Below, piece after piece: positions 56,930 through 64,000 of a stretch of 64,000 nt of DNA. This DNA is from Desulfosudaceae bacterium (GTDB lineage: Bacteria > Desulfobacterota > Desulfobacteria > Desulfobacterales > Desulfosudaceae): NCBI GenBank assembly GCA_963674745.2, contig CAXXDV010000001.1, positions 1,792,001 through 1,856,000 of the forward strand, read 5' to 3'. The translations under genes were made by a program, and so were the position numbers. How positions within the stretch are numbered: the stretch's first letter is position 1; every line of letters starts with the position of its first letter. The notes under the pieces are model-generated. The model was given only the letters and a program-made list of their open reading frames with translations, searched no databases and was not told where the DNA came from.

Positions 56930-58330
56930 GTGATGAATGAAAAGACACCAGAGATAACCCGTTTAATTCAACAGGCAGGTGAAAAAGCCAGAAAAGACTC
57001 TGCCGGAGAGCCCTCCCCGGAAACCCCTGAAAAATTAAACTGGCCCATTCAATGCACGCTTGGCCCGGGTCTGGAAGGCGCCATCGCCTGCGAAACAAAG
57101 GTGGGATATGTGAACGGCGCAAAGGGATGGCTTGTTTACAGGGGATATGACATTTTTGATCTATGTGCCAATTGCACCTTTGAAGAAGTGGCCTTTCTTC
57201 TGCTTCATGGAGACCTGCCCGGTTCCGTTGAATTGAAACAGTTCAAAAAGAAACTTCTGGATTATAAAAATATCCAGGAAACCCAGCGTCTTTTGATGAG
57301 CTTTCCGATTGAAGAAATGCACCCCATGGCCGCCTTGCGTTTCGGCGCAGGCTTGTTAAGGCAGAAACAGACCTACCGTGACAAGGATGGGGATTATTCC
57401 ATTATTCCCCAGGCAGTCACTTCTGATGATGACTCCATTGCCATGGAAACGACACCAGAAGGTTCCGCGGATGCCACTTATGTCTTTGCCCGGGAGTCCT
57501 ACAAAAAAAGAAAAGGCTTGAAAACGAACCTTTTGGGCTCGGAAGACATTGAATCCTGTTATCATTTGATCGCGGGGATAGCTGCCATAGCCGCTACTGT
57601 AGTCCGGATTCGGACCGGGAATTTGCCCCTGGAGCCGAATCCCGAACTCAGTCATGCCGGCAATCTTCTGTATATGATGACAGGCCGTAAACCCACGCCG
57701 GTTGAAGAACGGATAATGGATGTCTGTCTTATTTTGCATGCGGACCACGGCATGAATGCCAGTACGTTTGCTTCTCTGGTGGTCGCTTCCACCTTATCGG
57801 ACATTTACTTTGCGGTTGACGCCGGCATTGCCGCCTTGAGCGGACCGCTTCATGGGGGCGCCAATGAACAGGCCCTGCTCATGCTCCAGGAGATCAAAAA
57901 ACCATCGAATGTCGACAAATGGTACAAAAAAGCCATTGAGGAAAAAAGAAAGATAATGGGTATCGGGCATCGGGTTTACAAGACTTACGACCCCCGGGCC
58001 AGAATCCTCGGCCCTTTAGCAGAATATTTAGCCGACAGGAACCCGGACGTAAAACCACTGATGGCAACGGCCAAAACGCTTGAGCGAAAAATAAGCCAGG
58101 ACCTGGGGGAGCGCAAGAAACTGTTTCCCAATGTGGATTTCTATTCCGGTCTTGTCTATCATGCCATGAACATACCCCCCAACATGTTTACACCGCTTTT
58201 TGCGGTAAGCCGCGTTGCCGGCTGGACTTCAAGAATTTTGGAATACCTGGAAAAGAACCGCATATTCAGGCCGCGGGCTTACTATGTCGGCCCTTTCGAA
58301 AAAAAAGTCGCCGACAAAAAACGGGCTTGA
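56930..58330 (+). CDS. gltA: Citrate synthase (Si-type fold)
   Basis: GLEG, LVYRGYDI, HADHGMNAST, PLHGGAN, MGIGHRVYK.YDPRA, PNVDFYSG. Confidence 0.92.
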   Translation: MMNEKTPEITRLIQQAGEKARKDSAGEPSPETPEKLNWPIQCTLGPGLEGAIACETKVGYVNGAKGWLVYRGYDIFDLCANCTFEEVAFLLLHGDLPGSVELKQFKKKLLDYKNIQETQRLLMSFPIEEMHPMAALRFGAGLLRQKQTYRDKDGDYSIIPQAVTSDDDSIAMETTPEGSADATYVFARESYKKRKGLKTNLLGSEDIESCYHLIAGIAAIAATVVRIRTGNLPLEPNPELSHAGNLLYMMTGRKPTPVEERIMDVCLILHADHGMNASTFASLVVASTLSDIYFAVDAGIAALSGPLHGGANEQALLMLQEIKKPSNVDKWYKKAIEEKRKIMGIGHRVYKTYDPRARILGPLAEYLADRNPDVKPLMATAKTLERKISQDLGERKKLFPNVDFYSGLVYHAMNIPPNMFTPLFAVSRVAGWTSRILEYLEKNRIFRPRAYYVGPFEKKVADKKRA

Positions 58331-58354
58331 TTTAAACTTCAGGAGGATATCTGT

Positions 58355-59056
58355 ATGGCTAAAAGCTATTACGCTGTTCTCGGCATTTCGTCAAAATCCT
58401 CGGCTGATGAAATAAAATCGGCCTATCGCCGGCTTTCCAAGGAGTTTCATCCAGATCATTACCCGGGTAATCATGATGCTTTTCTGGAAATCCAGGAAGC
58501 CTACGCCGTGCTGAGCGATGCGCAAAAAAGAAGTCAATATGAACAGCATCTAAAAAGAAGGGCTTCACCAATACCAGGGACACGACCCGTTCGTTCTGTA
58601 CCTTCTGCACCGGAACCCCTGATTCCTGAAGATCGTCCGGTTGATTTAGGCCGAATTTCACCGGTTCGGTCTTTTGAGACGTTTAAGCCGTCATTTGATG
58701 AAGTTTTTGACTGGTTGTGGCGTAACTTTTCCAGCCTGGGACAGCCGAAATCAGGACGGATACAAAACCTTACGGTTGAAGTCCCCCTGACACCGGAGCA
58801 GGCAAGAAGAGGAGGCAATACCAGGGTCATGGTGCCCGTAATGGCTGTTTGCCCGACATGCGGCGGAAGAGGCGGCGTCGGCCCTTATGATTGCTTTCGG
58901 TGCGCGGGCGAGGGGTCGATCTCCGGAGAAATGCCGGTTTCCATATCGTTCCCGGCGGGCCTGACCGGAACACATTCCGTGGCCGTTCCTTTGGGCCGTT
59001 TCGGTATAAAAAATGTTCATCTTACGGTAATGTTCAAGCCCGCAGATGCCCGGTAA
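58355..59056 (+). CDS. J-domain protein with partial DnaJ zinc finger
   Basis: [17 protein letters not shown]...CFRCAGEG. Confidence 0.85.
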   Translation: MAKSYYAVLGISSKSSADEIKSAYRRLSKEFHPDHYPGNHDAFLEIQEAYAVLSDAQKRSQYEQHLKRRASPIPGTRPVRSVPSAPEPLIPEDRPVDLGRISPVRSFETFKPSFDEVFDWLWRNFSSLGQPKSGRIQNLTVEVPLTPEQARRGGNTRVMVPVMAVCPTCGGRGGVGPYDCFRCAGEGSISGEMPVSISFPAGLTGTHSVAVPLGRFGIKNVHLTVMFKPADAR

Positions 59057-59447
59057 TTCGTAACCGCCACTCTTTTTCTATAGGCATGTTTTTTATCCGG
59101 TTGGCATCAATCCCCCAGTAAGTTGTTAAAAAATAATTGATCAGGCTTTTATATTATTGATGATACTGAAAACAGGAAAAAATTGCTGGCGCCTTGACCA
59201 CGCCGACAATCTGCGTTTTATCGTTGATGGGGCTGATTTAATGAGTTAGATGACCTTGAAAAATTTGCCGTAAAGCTTATTCAAAGATACCATCAGTTTC
59301 CCCCCTGGTACCTTCCTGCATTGAAGCAGTCGTGAGAAAATTTATGGACATTCTCGAAAAAATTTGCGAAAAGACACACTGAGCATAGCAATAATGTGCC
59401 AAAAGGAGCGGGCTTTCCCGCATAACTTTCAGCTTTTATGTGTATTT

Positions 59448-59523
59448 GCCCCCGTAGCTCAGTGGATAGAGCAATGGATTCCTAATCCATGTGCCGCAAG
59501 TTCGATTCTTGCCGGGGGCACCA
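59448..59523 (+). tRNA. tRNA-Arg (anticodon CCT)
   Basis: Acceptor GCCCCCG/CGGGGGC + ACCA; anticodon arm ATGGA-TTCCTAA-TCCAT; T arm GCAAG-TTCGATT-CTTGC. Confidence 0.96.
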
Positions 59524-59870
59524 ATAAAATCAGTGCGTTGTCCGGAAAAAATAAAACGCTATCTTCAGTTGTGTGTGAATCCATGTGTGAAAAACAAAGA
59601 TTGGTCGCGCAAAGTGACAAGAAATCAATCCACCCACGATTTTATCTTTTCTTATAAATTCATTTGTTTATAAAGTTTTAGGGTCTGAAAAAGTAGGGCT
59701 TGTGGATTTTTAATCCATTTGCCGCAAAGACGATTATTGTTGCTATATCCATCGAATTGTCTTTCCATTTGGGCAAGCAGATAGGAATCAACGCCTTTCT
59801 CATGAGATGTCTTCAGGTAATTCTGGGAAAAAGTGGTATCGGTATATTATATTAATTATTGTCGTCACAA

Positions 59871-61703
59871 TTACAAGGCTCTAGCGTCCTTGGATTCACG
59901 AATCATTTTTGTTCCGGCAGTCGGAATAATAATGGAAAAGACGCTGCCCTCACCAAGCTTGCTTTTGACATCAATTTTCCAGCCATGAATCTGAACGATA
60001 TGCTTGACGATGGCCAGTCCCAAACCGGTTCCTCCCATTTTCCTGCTCCTGTTTTTGTCCACCCGGTAAAAACGTTCAAACAGACGTGGAATATGAATGG
60101 CCGGTATACCTGCCCCGTTGTCAGAAATGCTGATCGTTATTTTGCCATTGTCAGCAGCCGCTTTGATGTTCACTTCGCTGTTATCCGGGCTGTATTTGAC
60201 GGCATTTTCCAGCAGGTTGATAACGGCCTGTTGGGCCAGGGAAAAATCCATTAATGCGGTCAGCCCGGGTTCGCAATCGGACACGATCCGGACACCTTTC
60301 TGATCGGCTTCCATCCGACAAATGTTAACAGCAGAATCAATGACCGCTGATATCTTTTTTTCTTCAAAATGAAAATCTTTCTGCCGGTCGGCATGCTCGA
60401 TGTTGGACAGCCGAAGTATATCTTCGATAATATTAGACAATCGCCGAGCGTTTTTGACAATGATTTTCATGTGGCGTCTGCTCTCTTCGTTGCCGGAAAT
60501 GGCGGGTTCAGCCAGAAGCGCTTCTGCAAAGCCCTGGATTGACGTCAGCGGCGTTTTGATTTCATGGGACACGTTGGCCGCGAATTCTTTGCGCATATTT
60601 TCCAGTTGGCGCATGCGGGTGACATCGTTCAACACCAGCAGGGTACCGATTCGCTGTCCGGTTTCATCAATCAGGGCAGCGCTTTTCACATTGATCACCC
60701 GGGCATCTTCTTCATTTAATTCAAAAACAAGATCTCCCTCCGTTTTTTCTGAAACAGCGGCAGTTGCGGTAAACTGGGTAAAATCATGATTCCGGATGAC
60801 TTCATACAGATATTTCCCCTGAAGCTGACTCTCAGTGCTGTCCAGAAAAATCTCCGCCGTATGGTTGCTCCGCAATATTCTGTCTTTTTTGTCAACAGCG
60901 ATTACCGCCTCGGTCATACTTCCGAAAACGGTTTCCAATTCGTTTTTCTGCCGCTTGATTGTTTTGATGCGCTCGTCGAGTTGTATCGACATTTTGTTCA
61001 TGGCCTCGGCAAGGCTGGCCAGTTCTTCAGAATTCGGCAACAGCAGTTTACGCCCAAGATGCCCGGCGGCAAACCGCCGGGCCCCGGTTTCCATTTCCCG
61101 AATCGGGCGTGTAATTTTTTTTGATACCACGAAACTGATCAGAGCGACCAACAGGATGATAAGGAAAAATATTTTAGCAATCTGCCCTTTTATTTCACCC
61201 AGGGCCTGATAAACGGATTTTAAAGGGACCGATGCGCGGACAATCAAAATCCCCGTTCCGTTTTCCGGGACCCTGACAGCCACATACATCATTTTTTTTT
61301 GGAGCGTACGGCTGAAGCGGATGGCATTTCCTTTGCCGGTTTTCAGAGCAGCGGCGATTTCCGGCCGGTCTCTGTGATTTTCCATGGTAAGCGGATCTTC
61401 ATCCGAATCCCCCAGCACCTGTCCTTTCGGAAGAACAACCGTAATCCGCGTTTGAGATATCTCTCTTGCCTGTTTGCACAAACGGTCTATCTGGTGCGGG
61501 GGCTTAGTTCCCTGGGAAATATGGTTCTCACGTATAATCTGGCTGAACAGATGTGCCCGGGCCGTAAGATTTTCATGTGTCTGGCCGATGATAAACGTGT
61601 TAAGTGAGTTGAAAATGAACCATATGCCAACCAGGAGAGAAACGACCGCAATGAGGAAATAGGTGGGGAAAATCAGGGTAAAGAGCTTTTTGCGATTTGT
61701 CAT
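59871..61703 (-). CDS. phoR: Phosphate regulon sensor kinase
   Basis: HAMP, PAS, ANVSHEIKTPLTSI, NAVKY, FYRVDK.RSR, GTGLGL; in the pst operon. Confidence 0.9.
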   Translation of the reverse strand: MTNRKKLFTLIFPTYFLIAVVSLLVGIWFIFNSLNTFIIGQTHENLTARAHLFSQIIRENHISQGTKPPHQIDRLCKQAREISQTRITVVLPKGQVLGDSDEDPLTMENHRDRPEIAAALKTGKGNAIRFSRTLQKKMMYVAVRVPENGTGILIVRASVPLKSVYQALGEIKGQIAKIFFLIILLVALISFVVSKKITRPIREMETGARRFAAGHLGRKLLLPNSEELASLAEAMNKMSIQLDERIKTIKRQKNELETVFGSMTEAVIAVDKKDRILRSNHTAEIFLDSTESQLQGKYLYEVIRNHDFTQFTATAAVSEKTEGDLVFELNEEDARVINVKSAALIDETGQRIGTLLVLNDVTRMRQLENMRKEFAANVSHEIKTPLTSIQGFAEALLAEPAISGNEESRRHMKIIVKNARRLSNIIEDILRLSNIEHADRQKDFHFEEKKISAVIDSAVNICRMEADQKGVRIVSDCEPGLTALMDFSLAQQAVINLLENAVKYSPDNSEVNIKAAADNGKITISISDNGAGIPAIHIPRLFERFYRVDKNRSRKMGGTGLGLAIVKHIVQIHGWKIDVKSKLGEGSVFSIIIPTAGTKMIRESKDARAL

Positions 61704-61713
61704 GACGTACAGT

Positions 61714-62409
61714 CTATTCTTCCCTGAAACGATAACCTACACCGCGTACCGTCTCCACGCAACTTCCAAAGGGGCCCAGTTTTTTGCGCAAACCCACAAT
61801 CTGAACATCAACGCTCCTGTCGGTTACGGCGTAATTTTCTCCTTTGATCTTATCCACGATCTGCCAGCGGGTAAAAACCCAGCCGGGATGTTTGGCCAGC
61901 AAATGGAGTACATCAAATTCCGTGGGCGTCAAAGCAACTTTTCCCTGGGGGGTTTTGACCAGATGTTTATGCGGAATAATGGTAATCCCCTGGACATGGA
62001 TCGCACCGGTTTCATCGGAAGGAATAGATGGGCGCGATTTTCTTCTCAATACCGACCGGATTCTGGCGATCAGTATCCTGGGACTGAAGGGCTTGGTCAC
62101 ATAGTCATCCGCCCCCAGTTCCAGACCGGTGATGATATCCGCCTCTTCACCTTTGGCGGTCAGCATGACAATAAAAATGTTTTTTAAAACCGGATCGGAC
62201 TTGATGCTTCTGGTCACTTCCAGGCCGTCAATCCCCGGCATCATCAGATCAAGTACGATCAGGTCCGGCAGTTCGGCCCGGGCAATGGCCAGGCCTTTTT
62301 CTCCGGAGGCGGCACACATGGTCGGGTAGCCCTCTTTTTCCAGGCTGACCCGGACCAACTCCAGAATATCTTCTTCATCATCAACAATCAGTATGCGCTC
62401 TTTGCTCAT
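61714..62409 (-). CDS. phoB: Phosphate regulon response regulator (OmpR family)
   Basis: VDDEE, LDLMMP, GADDY, RSVDV, TVRGVGY. Confidence 0.88.
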   Translation of the reverse strand: MSKERILIVDDEEDILELVRVSLEKEGYPTMCAASGEKGLAIARAELPDLIVLDLMMPGIDGLEVTRSIKSDPVLKNIFIVMLTAKGEEADIITGLELGADDYVTKPFSPRILIARIRSVLRRKSRPSIPSDETGAIHVQGITIIPHKHLVKTPQGKVALTPTEFDVLHLLAKHPGWVFTRWQIVDKIKGENYAVTDRSVDVQIVGLRKKLGPFGSCVETVRGVGYRFREE

Positions 62410-62424
62410 GGCTTTCTTCCTTAT

Positions 62425-63108
62425 TTATTCTGAAACTCTACGGTCAATATCATTTTTATCGGCATGGCGGACGATTTCACCCTCCACCATATAAATAACT
62501 TCTTCGGCAATATTTGTGGAATGATCCGCCACACGCTCCAGGTGGCGGGATATCAAAAAGAAATTGAGCAGATAGGATGTGTTGATCTGCCTGTTATCGC
62601 CCAGGGTTTTCAACTCATGGTAAATATCATTCCGCATCATGTCGATTTCGTCATCCGCAAACAGCACTTCCTTTGCGGCCAGGGAATCTTTTTCCACAAA
62701 GGCGTTAAGGCTTTTGCGGAGCATGCTTTTTACTTTTTTGCCCATTGGGAAATAATCATAATATTTCTCCTGATTATCTTTTCCGTCCAGTGCTTTGACC
62801 CGATGGGCGATGTTGACCGCCTCATCCGCGATCCTTTCAAGATCGTTATTGATTTTTATCGTAACCCCCAGAAAACGCAGATCTATGGCAACCGGCTGAT
62901 AAAGGGCGATCACCTTCAGGCATTCTTCCTCAATTTCTACTTCCAATTCATCGATCTGATAATCGGTATCAATAATCTCTTTGGCCATGGCCTGATCCAT
63001 ATCCCGTATGGCGAAGACGGCTTTATGCAAACGGTCTTCTGCCATAGCGCCGAGTTCCAATAATCGTTTTTTCAGATATTCCAGTTCGTTTTCAAAATGC
63101 CGTGTCAT
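62425..63108 (-). CDS. phoU: Phosphate signalling protein PhoU
   Basis: YQPVAIDLR, DLERIAD...NIA, LERVADH.TNIAE. Confidence 0.95.
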   Translation of the reverse strand: MTRHFENELEYLKKRLLELGAMAEDRLHKAVFAIRDMDQAMAKEIIDTDYQIDELEVEIEEECLKVIALYQPVAIDLRFLGVTIKINNDLERIADEAVNIAHRVKALDGKDNQEKYYDYFPMGKKVKSMLRKSLNAFVEKDSLAAKEVLFADDEIDMMRNDIYHELKTLGDNRQINTSYLLNFFLISRHLERVADHSTNIAEEVIYMVEGEIVRHADKNDIDRRVSE

Positions 63109-63125
63109 CTCTTCCCCTCATCGGC

Positions 63126-63878
63126 TTATCCGAAGCGGCCGGTAATATAATCTTCCGTCTGCTGTTTTTCCGGCCGGGTAAACAGCGTGTCGGTTTCACC
63201 GGTCTCAATCAGTTCGCCCAGGTAAAAAAAGGCCGTGGTATCGGATACCCGGGCCGCCTGCTGCATGTTGTGGGTAACAATAATAATCGTGTAGGCCTGC
63301 TTGAGCTCGTGGATCAGATCTTCAATTTTTTGCGTGGCAATGGGGTCCAAAGCCGAGCAGGGTTCATCCATGAGCAGGACTTCCGGCTCCACGGCCAGTG
63401 CCCGGGCAATACACAAACGCTGCTGCTGACCGCCGGACAGGCCCAGGGCTGATTCGAAAAGCCGGTCTTTGACCTCCTCCCACAAGGCCGCCTGTTTCAG
63501 GCTGGTCTCGACCTTGGCCGTTATTTGGGTTTTATCCTTAACGCCGTTGATGCGTAATCCATAGGCGATGTTTTCAAAAATCGTTTTGGGAAACGGATTG
63601 GGCTTTTGAAAAACCATGCCGACCCGTCGCCGCAGCGTCACATAGTCAACCCCGCTCCCGTAAATGGGTTCACCGTCCATGAGGATTTCTCCAGTCACCC
63701 GGGAGTCATGAATCAAGTCATTCATCCGGTTCAGGCATCGGATAAAAGTACTTTTGCCGCATCCTGAAGGACCGATCAGGGCGGTTACCCGGTTCTGATA
63801 AAAATCAAGGGTAATCTCTTTTAAAGCCTGAACGTCACCGTAGTAAAAACCAAGTTCTCTGGTTGCGATTTTAATCAT
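63126..63878 (-). CDS. pstB: Phosphate ABC transporter ATP-binding protein
   Basis: [37 protein letters not shown]. Confidence 0.96.
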   Translation of the reverse strand: MIKIATRELGFYYGDVQALKEITLDFYQNRVTALIGPSGCGKSTFIRCLNRMNDLIHDSRVTGEILMDGEPIYGSGVDYVTLRRRVGMVFQKPNPFPKTIFENIAYGLRINGVKDKTQITAKVETSLKQAALWEEVKDRLFESALGLSGGQQQRLCIARALAVEPEVLLMDEPCSALDPIATQKIEDLIHELKQAYTIIIVTHNMQQAARVSDTTAFFYLGELIETGETDTLFTRPEKQQTEDYITGRFG

Positions 63879-63946
63879 AATGTTTAATTTTAAGTGCTTA
63901 ATGCATTCTGTGTTTAAGTCGTTCTAGCGGTTTCCCTTCTTCCTGG

Positions 63947-64000
63947 CCCCTTCAAAACTGAAGCCCTGAAACCTCAATCCTTGCACCTTGAACCCTGAAC
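63947..64000 (-). repeat. CA-rich (plus strand) heptamer tandem tract (runs off window)
   Basis: CCCTGAA-ACCTCAA-TCCTTGC-ACCTTGA-ACCCTGA. Confidence 0.6.

Noticed and set aside
59364..59673. ORFs overlapping tRNA-Arg
   Set aside because: Spurious frames across a clear tRNA
28411..64000. Short tandem repeats as a CRISPR array
   Set aside because: Units are 7-9 nt, degenerate and without unique spacers; no cas genes

Overview
A bacterial chromosomal segment, most likely from a sulfate-reducing Desulfobacterota (Desulfobacterales-like) organism. This is inferred from a dissimilatory-type Sat, sigma54 enhancer-binding proteins and a corrinoid methyl-transfer cluster. About 50 CDSs are supported. 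They include an EF-G paralogue, a ZraP/ZraS/ZraR-like module, a BMP-type nucleoside ABC transporter and a peptidase-gpgS-moaA-HD-DUF89-like-radical SAM run. A ~15 kb minus-strand C1/methyl cluster (DUF1015, sarcosine/dimethylglycine methyltransferase, serA, corrinoid protein, two non-pyrrolysine MttB, hydantoinase-like, GcvR, RACE activator, DUF1638, AcsE-like, adenosine kinase) follows. After it come panC, a SpoIID protein, a CHASE2 adenylate cyclase, acnB, sat, sfsA, an ArsC-PAS-sigma54 activator fusion, citrate synthase, tRNA-Arg(CCT) and the pstB-phoU-phoB-phoR end of a phosphate operon. I saw no transposase, integrase or CRISPR array. The strongest unexplained signals are five: (1) an unannotated, strand-specific, highly structured ~360-nt RNA at 11.19-11.55 kb; (2) SAM-dependent betaine-synthesis chemistry embedded in an MttB demethylation cluster that has no glycine methyltransferase; (3) inverted short-tandem-repeat/REP cassettes present both empty and loaded with an AT-rich cargo gene; (4) the ArsC-fused activator; (5) a probable ATC start for panC and structured leaders before mttB and gltA. 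All RNA pairings and motif matches were made by eye, not computed.
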